A stretch of DNA of 64,000 nt from Antedon mediterranea (taxonomy: Eukaryota; Animalia; Echinodermata): assembly GCF_964355755.1 (NCBI RefSeq), contig NC_092673.1, forward strand, positions 17,419,648 to 17,483,647, read 5' to 3'. A model generated the notes under the pieces. The model made no database searches. It was not told the DNA's origin and saw only the letters and a list, made by a program, of their open reading frames with translations. Positions within the stretch are counted from its first letter, which is position 1. Every line of letters starts with the position of its first letter. This document shows positions 25,701 to 40,700 of this stretch, piece after piece. The position numbers were made by a program, and so were the translations under genes.

Positions 25701-28700
25701 ATTTGAGGAAGAACATAAAGTTACAGATGGAATAGCAGTGATAAGAACAGCAAGCAAAACATGGAAAGAGGCTGAAGCTGATAGTGGTAAATTTGAATAC
25801 AAATTAGCATATTACTCTTCCCATCATCATAGTCAATGTAACAATATTTATCTTTGATCTCATTATCATAGACACAAACAGGCCCACAATGAAACTGAGA
25901 TGTAGAATGGAATTCAATAAATGCATATAACTGTAGTATGATGTCAACAGTCATATTTTCACATACATACAGCAATTACTCCATGATCCTTTAACACGCA
26001 ACCTATTGTTTGTTGATGTACTGTAATTTTACATTAATTAATCCATCAGTTAAAGTATTGTCACCTATCAATGTATCTGCTGTAATAATATGTGCAAATG
26101 TCTTTTTTCTCTACAGGTAATCCTTTAAAACAGTATACAAAAATGGTCAATGACAAATTGAGAGAAAAGAAAACTGTAAACGTTTGTCAATAATAGCGTA
26201 ATAAAAACATAATATAAATAAAGTAGCACCTACAGGACTATTTCAAACCAGTCACTTAGGCTTTCTTTCTAAATGAATCAATGAGGCATTATGAGCAGCT
26301 ATTTCATTTTTTTTTCTTTCAAAATAATTTGGGTTTTTTTTTAGAGTAAATAATATTAGTTTTCTCTTATATTAAATTGTAAACAATACTGTATTTAACT
26401 TGAATAAACATTTATTTCTTTTTATATCCATTGTTTTTACGTAATGTGTAGATTGACATGAAACCACCTACAGATGATAATGATTACAAAAATTATGGTA
26501 TGTAAATTTCCATTAAATTCTAATTATTTTTACATTTTTGTAGTAAAAGCACTAATAAATAAGTTGCAATTATCAGTTTGCAATTTCTGTCATATTAAAG
26601 ATCTATTGTCCCCAAAAACATGAAAAATAAAGATTATTAAAATCAGACTTTGAATAGATTATTTTGTAGTTAATCACTTCTGTAGAAAAAAAAGGAAACA
26701 ATTAAGGTTTTCACTTATAAAATAACAAAATAAATGGTTAAATTCAACCAAATACCCATTGACTGGCAGTCAATTTGACTTTTTTTTTCAATCCAATTTT
26801 TTTTATAGTGGATAACTATTAGGTGACATTAAAATGGCATATTAAAAAAAAAATTGTAACCATTATTTTTTCATGAGGACAATACATCTTTAAATTCATA
26901 GTTATATAAAGTTAGATTTTCCAATTTAATGTAACTAAAGAAGTATAAAATTATGTTATCAGATTCATAACTTAGAGGCAACCTATCTGTGTAACAATTA
27001 TGGTGACCGTAATTTGGAGAAAACAAAGCGTCCTACTCCTAGACATAGTCTACAGACGCTGTACACGCAGGCTTGGTGGGCATGTTGTCTAGTTAGGAAA
27101 GTTAAAAAAACACCTAATTAAAAACTTAGAAGAGGCTTACAAAGATGCTTATTTTTTTTATGAATCTAGAAGAATCAAAGTGAATTCACAGTCCTGGTGA
27201 CCGTCCCGGGGCGAAAGCTCATTATGATGATAATGAAGACAACTATACTCATAGCAACTTTTTAACTGACTGAATACTATGTTGACTTAAAATTTTAAAA
27301 TAATGATGCTTGTTACGCCGTTTGTGGAATGACCAAAACACTTGTTTTCGCTACAGGTACTGATACAGCTACTCAAGCTATTCCATTTGATACAGATCAA
27401 CAATTAGATAAGGATGTAATCAAGGAAGTTAAGGAAAATAAGGAGGAGACTTTGGAAGAAACATTCAACATATGGGACCATGGGGGACAATTAATCTACC
27501 ATGGTCTACATCGGGTAAGTAGGTTTCTGTATAGACTAACATAATTGTATGGCCAAGGTATAGTTTGATTTTTTCTTTTTTTTTTCGCAAACATCTTTCC
27601 ATGGTACTGCATAGTAATATATATAACAATTTAATAGTAGATTCTTGTCACTTGATTGGAGGATTGTGGGTCACATGATATTCAATAGACATATACTATT
27701 AAACATTAAAGTCAGATTACATATTCTTATGTTACACAGTGAGCAACCGAAACATGGGATGCAAGAATAGACTGCGTGTTAAAAAATCAATCTGTATTGT
27801 CACGCCATCTATAATTGTTTGCCTTCTGCCTTCTTGAATAGTTTAGGCCTTGGCCTAGCCTCTTGTTGATGTTTATGTATAATACATCTACTTTTAACAA
27901 GAGGCTAGGCCATTGAAAAGGCAGAACTCTAATTTTAGAGAGGGAGTAAAACAATTGGCAACATACAGCACACACTACTGGTTAATGAAACGTGATCAGT
28001 CAACAACAGCCTCTTGAAGAGTGTGTGGTTAAATGTTCACTGTGTAAAATATGCGGAAAACAAAATTGCAGTACTGGCACACATACCTGTATAATGACAT
28101 TGCACTCTTGATGACATCATTAGGGGAGTAATATAACATTTATTTATATCATGTGACCCATAATCCTCCAATCAAATAAAAAGAATCTACTTTTGGGTGT
28201 TATAATATACAAATAATGAATGTTTATGAGTGCAATGTATTGGAAAATAATTTCATGTGATAACACTAGAACATTTCATCTTTCACTAATGATTTTTTTG
28301 TTTCATTGCATGAATATAAAATATTCATTATTCGTATATTATCCATGACTAATGTTAATTTTAAACATTTTCAGTAACTTTTCGCCACATTAATTATCAA
28401 AGAATTTGTATATGAAAGTCTTTATTATATATCAAGGTCCACATACAATTTAAAATAATATTTGTTATGTTGTCAGAAGGCCTTAAAGAATATTAATCAG
28501 TCAATATCTGAATATTTTTGCAGATGTTCATGACACTACAAGCACTATACATTGTTGTATTTGATCTCAGTAAACCATTGGATGATCTTGCTACTTTCAT
28601 TGATTCTACTGAAGTAAGTGTTTCTAGATGCAATAAGGCATTGAGATTGAACAAATCTTCTAATTTATAAGAACATGCATTTTATGCATTAAAAACAGTT

Positions 28701-31700
28701 CCAAATAAGATGTAGTAATGAATGCTTTCAAAAACTAACCATTTCAAGTTTCACTGTGATTAAGTGTTTTCATAATTTTTTTTATACAGGAAACATCTAG
28801 ACATCATTGGACCAATCTCCAGTTCATATTATCTTACATCCTGTCAGTTTATTCTCATAGTCGTATTGTGGAAGAAGATGAGGAGAATGAAGTTGACAAA
28901 CCAACTATCTTTATTGTGGGTACACACAAGGGTAAGCTTGGTAAGACTGAAAAACAGCAAAATGATGAGGTTAATACTTCTTTTGTTTCTATATTTTATA
29001 AATAGCCACAACCAAAGATACATTGCAGTTGTAAATATTTTTAAATATGTATTACTTAAAATAAATTACAAAATTGACACATTCTTATTATGATATAGGT
29101 GTAAACTGTTATTAAAATTATTTACAAACAGGCAGAAAAGGCGTTTAAAATTATTCAAGATGTGCTTAAAACAAAACCATATGGAAATCATGTCTACCAC
29201 AAATATTTTGCCATTGAAAACAGCCAACCAACAACAGATAAGAGCTTTAGTGATCTCAAACAAGTTATTGATGAACTTATGAAAGCTTTAGAAAAGCCTT
29301 TTCCTTTAAAGTGGATGCGTTTTCGATGTGATCTACATGATCTAAGAGGAAAAAAACAGCCCTCTTTTTCTTTGTGTCCTTTAGAAGAGGTAAATGTTAT
29401 TTGTTTTGTTTTTGTTCTTTTTTTCAGAAAAGAACATTTTGGGAAATATTAAGTCGCAATATATCTATCAAGTATCTAAAAAAAAAAAATTAATGTTTCC
29501 AAATATAAGTACCCTTTAATTAAAAAATGTCTATAGATAATTAGATTACTATATCCAAAACCATATTTTCATCTCAGATATTTGCTGCCATTGTTTTATT
29601 TATAAATTGTGTGTTTGAAAATAATAAGGTAATTAGCCATTGAAATTCAATATTTAAAACTATTTTTTCATGTATTACCCACATGTTACAAAAACTGAAT
29701 ATGATTTCATATTTTTTTTTTTATTCTGAATAATACTAATTTAATATTATTTCTTTTAGATCAAAATTCTGAAAAGTAAGAATGGTATTGTTGAAAAAGA
29801 AAAATACAAATCAGTCCTGCTTAACTTCTTGTACGATCTTGGTGAAATTGTTTACATGCCTGACAACAAATTACTAAGGGATAAAGTCGTGCTAGATCCG
29901 TTGAGGCTGGTTGAAATTGTCACCAAATTTGTAACTGTGGTTCCCCCAAAATATCCCGTAAGTAGACTCATGTAATGTCTTGCATTGTAAAAACGTGTTG
30001 CCGTAGTATAATTACTCCTGTTCTGTGTAATTTATTATTCCTTAGCAAAGAGTTTGCCTTTAGTAATATTTGATAGAGATGCTTAACATTTTCTATAGAT
30101 AAAAAAAAGTCATTTGTAATTAATTATTTCACTTTTAATATTCTGCTTTCAATCTATTACAATTGAAGCACTATAAAAGTGAATAGCAAACTAACTTGGA
30201 GTAATTTCACAGTTTAACCCTTTCACTGCGTGTATTATCGGGTATAAACATGTCGTTGAACTCCATATAACCATCATTACCGAGTACACTATATTTTTGA
30301 TAAACTTAAATATATTTGCAATGTTTTAAAACTATTTTCCTGCACTACATGCAACCTCTATATTTTTTAATATCGTCGTATCGTACCATTTTCTTACTCC
30401 AAACGGTAGACCAACCTTTTACCCACCTCAAAAATATTTACAAAATTATCTCATTTAGTAGGTTTTTGCAATTTATTAAAAATCACCTGTCTCTCAATGT
30501 TATGCACAGTGAAAGGGTTAAACCACAATACTGTATTATACCAACACATGGTTCATCTATATTCTAAATGCTTACTGTATCTATTGCCGTCATCCTCACA
30601 ACTGTTATAAACACAAAATACGATGCATGGTTGATAGTTGGTGTTTTTTAGTCCGCTAAATTTAGAAGATCTTTTGATAAGCTTGACAAAGGCATACTGG
30701 AAGAAGACTTGTTGCGAAAATTATGGAAAGATAGTAAAGTTGATGACGGAAAGAATTTTGAGTTCCTTGTAGCACTTATGATTCAATTAGGTTTCATTTG
30801 TGAGAGAAAGACAACAAACAGCCAGGATGTCGCAAGTACATCTACAGTAGGTTTTGTTTCTTTAATCTTTCATTTTATACATGTAAGATGTGGGATAAAA
30901 AGTATTATTTTAATAGTTTGGATTTTTAATGTTCAAAGTTTGAATAAACTTTCTAATGAAAATGTCTACATGACAGAGTATCTTTAGTTTGCTTAAAATA
31001 ATTTAAATGGCATTGTTACAAATTAACAATTTCAGAAATCAGTTGGAAAACGATCCTTTTTTGTGCCACTGCGACTTGCTATCAAGACAAGTCAAGTAAG
31101 ACAAGTACCTGATGGTTCACGATCTATCAGCAGGCCAATCTATTACGACTTTGAGGGATATCTGCCAGACGTGTTGTTTCCGTATTTAATTATTGAATTC
31201 CTTAACAAATTTCAAAAGGAAGGAGTTGACCCAATACTTGCATGTAGTTATGCAGAACTTTACCTCAACGAATATCATCATGTGATTTTGTCTCTTGACA
31301 AATTTATTACTAAGAATGATGAGCGAAAGTTCTTGTTAAAGGTAATATATAATCTCAAATGTTCAATAAATATCACTAAATTATGAAAGTTAAATATTGT
31401 TGCTTAGTCTTTCCCTGATCTGTCATGTCAGAATCCACTTTAAATGCATATAAAACTAAAACTAAATTCTGATAACAAAACATTACATCTATTTTTACTT
31501 TCTAGATGGCTATTAAAAGAACAGATTCTTTTGATGAAACGAGTAAAGAGGAACCTTCAGCTGAAGCATGTAAATTGGTATGTTATGTTACCAGTTATGT
31601 TATCTATCTATTTGGTAGTTTATGAAAATACACGTAGAAAGTTTTCTCCTCAATTTTTTGTCAGGTTTGCTTGATGTCTGAAAATGTCTGCATATTTACA

Positions 31701-34700
31701 ATGTATACTGATTTTACAAATCAATTACAAATTATTTTCCAACATTGCAATGTATAGTTTTATAATGAATGTTTATGAGATGAATGGTAAGAATATTTCA
31801 TGAGTTGAAAAATTGTCTGCACTATTTTTAACGAAGCAGAGAGCCGAGTTGAAAATAGAGCAGTCAATGAACAACATATTCTCTCCATTCAACGAAAACA
31901 AAACATTCATTATTTATTTTATAACACACCTATTTTTTATTATATTTATTTATATTTGTTGATATGATATGTCTTAAATTCAATTAATTATGTTACCAGT
32001 TATATTATATATCTGTTTGGACCTAGTTTATGAAAATACACATAGAACACTTGATGAGAAATTTACACATGTTTCTTTAAACTATGCTATAAAGTTCTCA
32101 TCATATTTCTTTGTGAGCTACTGCACCATTGATGCTTTCATATTTGCTGGTGTGTGTCTTAAATTGTTATCAATCGACATTAAATTTATATCTTTAGGTT
32201 TTGTCAACAGTTGAGAAGTCATTTGAACAATCTAAAGATGGCGGTAGAAGTGGGATTCCATTCAAGAGATGCATTCCTTGTCAGTGTAGTGATCAATTAG
32301 ACAAGAAGCATTTTCAAATTCTTAAAGATTTCCAATGCAGGAAGTTAACGTGCACAGAAACTGGCAAGGCTATCACGATGGATGTCACATGTTATAAGCG
32401 GCTGTTTGGAGGTAAGAGTAATTAAATTTATTTATTTTTATTAAGTACATTTTCATTAATACACTACTTTCTTCATGAATGACTCTCACTCATCCCTACG
32501 GGTGCAGGTCAAGTCGGCCCTAAACCGTCTCGGCCAAAGTCAAGTCGGCCCCACGTTAAGTCGGCCCCAAGTCAACTCGGCCTCACGTCAACTCGGCCAA
32601 AAACTAATCGGTCAACTCGGCCACAATAAAGTATGGAACGCAAAAAGTGCTTAATATTATTATGATTCTTATACTATCCACGCTTTAAAAAAAATGAAGA
32701 AATAAAAAAAATATAATATAATTAAATAATATCATATAAAAAAATGAACTCATTGCCGATATGAATATAAGTACCCGCGTGTTACAAAAACACGTGCAGG
32801 TACCGCCCCGGTACCGCATTTTAGTAAATCGAAGACGGAGGCCTACGTTCCACCATTTGACCATAGAAAAAATGATCGTACATCGTTTTTGTCCATGATT
32901 TGCGTTAAAAAAAAAGGGGAATCCCCCGGTCAGTGAAAACACGTAGGTATCGAAAAAGCTGCCAAAGGCGCAGGGAGGCGCAGCTACGAATTGTTTTCAA
33001 TTGTGTAATTTGAAATTTTATTAAACGCAAATAAAGGAAAGTTGGTGAAATCATTACTATTTTTTTTGCTAAATATATTATTGTCTAAATATTAATATTC
33101 ATTAAAAGTCAGAATTATTTATAGTTAAAAAATTGTGAAGAAATATTATTTTATCAATCCCCTTCATTTGCACTTTTTGCGTTCCATACTTTAACGGGGC
33201 CGAGTTGACCGATTATTTTTTGGCTGAGTTGACGTGAGGCCGAGTTGACTTGAGGCCGAGTTGACTTGAGGCCGAGTTGACTTGAGGCCGAGTTGACTTG
33301 AGGCCGAGTTGACTTGAGGCCGAGTTGACTTGGGGCCGACTTGACTTGGGGCCGACTTGACTTGGGGCCGACTTGACTTTGGCCGAGACGGTTTAGGGCC
33401 GACTTGGATCGAAATCATCCCTACAGCACAGGAAACTGAAAAACAAAAGGCTATTTCTGTTCTATAAACAATTTGTGACCTATTTGTGCAAAAATTGACA
33501 TGTTTAAATAATTATAGAATAGAGAAAGAGGATACTTTACCGTATTTGAAAATAGACATATTTGATAATATACTTCCAGTAGTAGTACAACATAATCATT
33601 GTTGATAATATATACATTGTTACAACATAATCATTGCTGTGATATCTTCATTCCTCTCAGTAGTAGTACTAGCAGAATCATTATTGATAATCTATACTTT
33701 GTTACAACATGCTGCTATTAGCTGTGATATCTTCATTCCTCTTACCAGTAGTAGTACTATCTGAATCATTATTGATAATCTATACATTGTTACAACATGC
33801 TGCTATTAGCTGTGATATCTTCATTCTTCTTACCAGTAGTAGTACTATCAGAATCATTATTGATAATCTATACATTGTTACAACATGCTGCTATTAGCTG
33901 TGATATCTTCATTCCTCTTACCAGTAGTAGTACTATCAGAACCATTATTGATAATCTATACATTGTTACAACATGCTGCTATTAGCTGTGATATCTTCAT
34001 TCCTCTTACCAGTAGTAGTACTATCAGAATCATTATTGATAATCTATACATTGTTACAACATGCTGCTATTAGCTATGATATCTTCATTCCTCTTACCAG
34101 TAGTAGTACTATCAGAATCATTATTGATAATCTATACATTGTTACAACATGCTGCTATTAGCTGTGATATATTGTTTCGGTATCTTTTATTCATCAAGTA
34201 TATATGCACAAATTTGATACTGCAACAAAAAATGTGACATGACAACAAAAAATTAGAATTGTTCGTAATTCAATAAAGTTAATCTTATTTTGAATTTACA
34301 TATCCCAACAAACATAATACAAAACATAAAGATAGTCAAGTATCAACTTCCTGGGAAAATTGAGATCTATGTTACTATGTTGGATGTATTATGTTCGTAA
34401 CAGTTGTACTGCTGGGGCTTCCTTATCTCATTCTCATTCTTTCTTGGAGATCCAAGAAACATTTATTATATATGGCCTTTGGCCCAAATAATATACAATG
34501 TAATACAATATTAAATAAATATCAGTTGAGTGCGTTTAAAAATTCTGTTCTACGTTTAAATGAAAAAAATAAATATTTTCCAAGTTTAACAATAATATCA
34601 GTATTTGTAGTAGACATAAGATAAATATATTTTAATTTAGTTGGGTTGTTTGTATAAAAGGAAAACATATATTTAGTTCTAATATCTGAATAAAATGGAC

Positions 34701-37700
34701 AAACTAAAGTGAAATGATATTCATCTTCAATTGATTGTAAAGCACATAATTTGCAATCTTTCATTTCTATTTATACAATTCCATCTTCCTTTTTCAATTT
34801 CTAATTCTAAAATTCCTAGTCGTATCTTAGTCATAATTTGTCTATGTTTGTAATTTGTTACTTTTGTTAGATATTCTTCAATTCCAAACTTATATTTAAC
34901 GTGCTTGTAATATTGGAGCTTAGAGTGTAGCCTAGTATCTTCGTAGAATTTCTGTCGTTCAATGTCTGTAAGCCTTTGTTTAAAATTTGAAATAAAAGTA
35001 TATATATTATTAACCTGTTGTGAGTACCATAATATGTTACCAAATCCATTTATGCATAGTATTTGTTTTACGTCATTGGCCCAACATTGCTCATTTCTTT
35101 GAGCTTTTCTATATTGAAAATCATAACATTGTTTAATAAATTTGTCATTATCCATTTGGATTACTCTAAGCCAATAACGAATTATATTAATGATAATTTG
35201 AATTTGGATAGTGAATCTTCCACATTCTCCTCTCACTGCAACACTTGGTGCAGAATTACCTATTCCTAGAATGTATTTACAGAATCTTAGATGAACTTTC
35301 TCTAATACTGATATATCATTTAAACCCCATATTTCGCTACCATAAAGTAAGATTGGCATAATCTTAACATCAAATATATGGTTCCATATATTAACTTGGA
35401 GGTTACCAAAACGTCTATGGGTCAATCCTTTTAATGCGAACAAAGCCTTATTAGCTTGTTGACAATTGTATTCTTTGGCTTTATTCCAATTACCATTTGA
35501 GTTGAAAACAACTCCTAAATATTTAAAGGATTTGACAATGTCAACTGTATTTCCATTGTAATTCCATTTTTCAAATTTGTTAAGATTACCACCATTCTTA
35601 AACACCATAATATTACTCTTGTTAACATTGACAGTATCATTAATAAAAACATTAAATAAAAAGGACGAGAGTGGCGAACCCTGTTGTATACCTATTAGAC
35701 ATTTGAAAGAATTACTAATGTTGCCGTCGACCTTAACATGTGCTGATAACTTATTGTACATTGAATTAATAACGTTTAACATTTTTCCTTTTACTCCTGA
35801 ATTTTTTAGTTTTATGTGAAGATATTGATGTCCTACGGAGTCAAAGGCTCGTTTAAAATCAATGAAAGCAACATATACTTTCCCACGTTTTTTTCCTAGG
35901 TATTTATTAATGATTGTGTTAAGAATAAATACATTATCCGATGTTCTGAACCCCTTTCTAAAACCGGCTTGTTCCTGATGTAGAATGTTATTATCTTCTG
36001 CCCAAAATTGTAATCTTTTATTGATAATATGTAGGAAAATTTTAGCAAAAACGGGAATAAGTGATATTCCTCTATAATTCTCTGGTTGTTCTTTGTCACC
36101 TTTTTTAAATATTGGGACAATAAGGCTGGTTGCCCATTGCTGTGGAAACTGTCCTGTATTATAAATTATATTATATAATTTTGTTATTAGATTGATTACA
36201 TTTTGAGGTGAGTGTATAAAAAGTTCTGGTAATAATCCATCGATTCCAGGTGATTTACCTGTTTTTTGGGATTTAATGGCATGAATTACCTCATCTACTG
36301 TAATGTCATTATTTAGGTTAGGTTCGTTTTCATTTACAGCAGGTTCATCATTAATGATACTTTCTACATTTTGATTATCAACGACCAGCGATGACAGACT
36401 AGCGCTCTGCACATGTGGTGTGGGTCAATCTTCCAAATGACGTTCGTAACAGAAATTCACTTTGCTTGGTAGATTAAAACAACAGTATTGCAACAATTTA
36501 AAAACGTGCAGTATTATAGCAGATTAAAAATACAAGATAAAAAGTTAAAAATACTGTTAAAAATGTAAAACTATTAAAAATTGCATGCACTAGCTGTGAT
36601 ATCTTCATTCCTTGGATGAAATTGAAACTACTTATTTATGCTATACAGGCCCGTATGCAGCATTTATAATGGGGGGGGGGGGGCTGCGAGCGAAGCGAGC
36701 AACAATGGCTGGGAGCCAGGGGGCCGCCAAGGGACCCCGGTCAGGGTCCAGGGGCCGAAGGCTGCGGCAAAATCTGCGTTATTTGACGTTCTAAAGATTG
36801 ATTTAAGACTCTTTGTTGTGGCTTGGGCTATTTCAACGATGGACACCAGAACTTAACGCTTTCATGATGTTTAAAGGCCAACTCAGACAGCGTCAGACGC
36901 TGTCTGAGTTGGCCTTCCTTCTCTTGTTTAGGCGCCGTATTTGATAGTGTCTGTATTTCCAGACACGTCTTTACCACCGCCGGTTAAGTTGTCTGTATTT
37001 CGAGCAAACACTTTACCGCGTACCGCGTACATGAAGCGCTAAGCTATTGCTTGTCGTCACATGATCGACTGCGCATGTTTTACATCGAGTTTGTAGTCAG
37101 TTCAGATTCCGTAATTTAATTACCGGTATTTTTTCATTTTATATTAACATATTTTTGTTTGTATACCATTGATAATGTAAATTTTGTATATAATGATATT
37201 GTCTTTAGTTAAACAAGACAAGAAAAAATACCAACCGAGGAAATAGTGGACCTTTTGGGACTTGGGTGGGGGTGCGTTTGCACCCAACGCACCCCCCCCT
37301 GGATACGGACCTGCTATATAAATTTGCAAAGAATAGTTATTTTAGGTGCCGTCCGTCATGTTTGTATAAGAATCTCAAATACAAAGAGCATCTACTACTA
37401 TATCAATATATGCAGTGGAAGGAACAGTGATGCTACACCAAATGAATAATTATCAATTCAAAAGTCAGATAAAACCATTTGTACTTAAAAGTATTACTAG
37501 AACAAACTACAGTAGAACAGCACTCCGAGAGTGCATACCTCCGCCTACTGTAAAATTTTCCTACATAAGATTTCACCAAAAACAAAAATGTTTGTGTCTT
37601 AATGCTGCTGTGTGTGATTTCACTACAACCATGTGTATGCGAATTTGGTGTAAAGGTTATGTAACAATTAAGCTTTTCAACTAACAATTGTTTCAGTTGA

Positions 37701-40700
37701 CTAACAATAGAACAGCAACACCAATAATAAACAGATGAATTTGAAAAGAAATAGGTTTTTAAAACTAATCATATCAAAAACCTGTACATTAAATCAAATT
37801 GTGTTTTAAAATTACAAATCAAAAATTATAACTCTTGCCTCTTGTGCAAAAATGAAGTTTTTTGGACAAGTCGTTCTCAAGAAAATGCAATTTCTGTTTA
37901 CTTGTTTACTTTAAGACTGCTCGCCGGCTTTTGACACTAGCAGGTCTGAAAATAATTCTAAAAAGTCGTCCAGAATTAAGATCCTGGTCCAGATTGTCTC
38001 CAAAATTTAATGGAGTAGTCCTTGACCACATATCTATCTGTATTTTCATTTTTGTAAACATCTTGCAATAACTGTAACAGACAGACAGACAAACAGACAG
38101 ACACACAAGATCAACTACATATAGACCAGCAGCCCAGAGACATTTGTGTGTAGGGTGCCACCTCAAGTGAGTCAAAGAAAATGTGAGTCTGTCGGTTACC
38201 CCCTGCTGCGTATAGAATTGGGGGACCACAAAAGGTGCTTAAAAAATGGTACCAGATAGACGAGAGAGATACCACCTAATTTCACCACCATGCGATGCCC
38301 ATTGACATCCTCATACCAAATTCACAAACGACATTTTATCCGCTGCAATAGGCCCTCCAGATATGGAGGACCTAAAACACGGAGATAGCATAGATGAGTG
38401 AGATAACACTCACAAATAATGCCAAATGAACAAGTTGAGTAGTGTTATACAATACCAAATGGGTAACGACAGACTAATTGTCCGCTGCACCGCAAGTACC
38501 AGACACATTAAAATTTAACTAGAGACCCTCCCTTCCCCCCAAATAGGCTATCTTATATATTGTAGATACCACCAGCAACCAATTTGATTTCATTTAGCGC
38601 ATTGTAAGGAATACCAAATGACCTATTACAGACCACTTATACACTTGGTCCTGACAGACCCCGCTAAAGTTTGACTAAAGTTCCTGGAGCAGATTCCTTA
38701 ATAATAGAATTAATGTGCCTTTTTACATCCTCACAGCTAAAAAACTACAAATCATTAAATATTTTAAGTCTCAACTGATTGGATTTATCATTGACAACTG
38801 CCTCAGCGCCTCTTCTATGACAGGGGATGCAGAGGTGTTAGAGCAAAATTAGACTCATAGAAGTCAGTTAATTATAGAATAGATATTATATCACTGGGAT
38901 TAGAATTCCTTTTACCCTTAGCATTATTTTTTTTATATTTTTTATTTCAACAATATTTTACGAGGGTGGTCCATCCAGCCGAAGCTGATCATTAGGGACC
39001 CTCACATAATTGCATTCCAGAATTTTCTGGGATTTTTTTCTGTATATAACCTATTCGAAGTGGTGAATTTTTTGTTAGCAACATTATTAACAGACGATCT
39101 ACAAACGAGTGTAGTGTTTTTTGGCAAGTTTATAACATAAAATTATCTGGCCGGACCTAGGCCTCCCACAGTCTTTCCATATACCAAACCAAAAACATTG
39201 TCTGGCATTTGTGCAGTTGCTATTCCACCAGTTTACTGCCTTCCTTGACCTAGTACTATTTTTAGTGGTACTGGTATCTCAAGAATCATGAATACCAGCA
39301 GAAATTTGTTTGCATAAGTTGTCAATAGAGGACTTTTTTTTTAATACTTCAAATCCGTAAAGGTCTCATAAGGAATTTGGCCTGTCCTCTTGTTAAAGCA
39401 ACGGTTGCAAATATATGCAGCCTGTTTCATATCTCAAAAAAGGTTCTCCAATATCTTTCAGCAGTGCCGTTCTGGTGCAAAGAATAGGGCCTTGATGTTG
39501 TTGCCATCTTGGTCCCAAAGTGTAACAGTATCCCCATGCTTTAGCGCAACACTCTGTTGACGCATAAACAATCAGCAAGTTACATGTAGTTGTGCTTTGG
39601 GTCGAAATTTGGATCATAATTGGATAGGTCATCCTGCATGATGATATGGAAAGTGGCACCGCAATGAATCATGATAGGTTTTAATACTGTTTTATAAACT
39701 GAATCATATGCTGTGAACGTGAATGAATGTTCGGCTTGGCTGCTTAGTTTAGCATCAGTGGCCATTTTTATTCGCTTTACACTCTTTGTCATCATGGGTG
39801 GCACTATGATAATAATTACGCCATTTGAACAGTTGTGTGTTTTGCTCAGACATGCATTCGCTTTATGTTCACTGTCTCCGCAGGAAAAGTATATTATTTA
39901 TTAAGTTTGGTTTTGCTCTTGTCAGCATCATAATGTTATCAGACAATACATTTTCCTTACTAAATCTTTTTGTTGCGGTTCTTCAATTCTTCTTCGATTT
40001 AGTGTGAATGTCATTTACTCCTGTACTATTCGGTGAGGTTGAATATTTTAAAGCATGAACTTATTCCATACATATGAGCCTACTATGAATTCATTCACAA
40101 TCATGATGAACTTTATTCATAAAATGATTTTTTTTAAATAAAATATAAAAACCACTTTATAAGACCACGGATTACATTTTCGATTCATCAAAGGAACAAG
40201 TATACCAGTAAATCTTATTACAAAACATCTTGGATAAATCTGGATGCTCATAAATAAATTTCTAAATTTGAAAATAGTGTATGTTACAGTTTGCAACAAC
40301 AACATATCTATTTTCTTTGGATTCCTATACAATACAAGTACAGTAATGATATTTCCTTATACATATTTTTACATTTAGTCCAACAGTTTTGAACATCTTT
40401 ACAACGTAAAGATATTTTCATACTCATCTTCAATATTACATCTTTCAAAATGGTAATTTTCCATATATGATGATGCCTTCCATGCAATCCCTGTTAGATG
40501 ATCTGAGTGTTTGGTGTTCATCCAATAATATGATACCCAAACCCTCCAAATGCCATATCTTGGTTGTCAATTTTCTTAAGGACAAGTCGGATGATATTAT
40601 ATCGCCTTCTTTTAGTCTGAGTGGTTCCATTTTACAAGTAGTTGATCACATGACGCTTCTTGGTGTAATCATTCAAAATGACCTGAAATGGGAACTTAAC

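Noticed and set aside
33191-33418. Repetitive ORF (SQVGP/STRPQ)
   Set aside because: Translation of 15-bp subterminal repeats of a MULE-like element
33709-34161. Four near-identical signal-peptide-like 62-aa ORFs
   Set aside because: Artefact of an 88-bp tandem repeat (period not a multiple of 3)
34171-34205. Hammerhead-like TTGATGA...GAAAC at the LINE 3' end (minus strand)
   Set aside because: The core is not CUGANGA and stem II does not pair; more simply a poly(A) signal region
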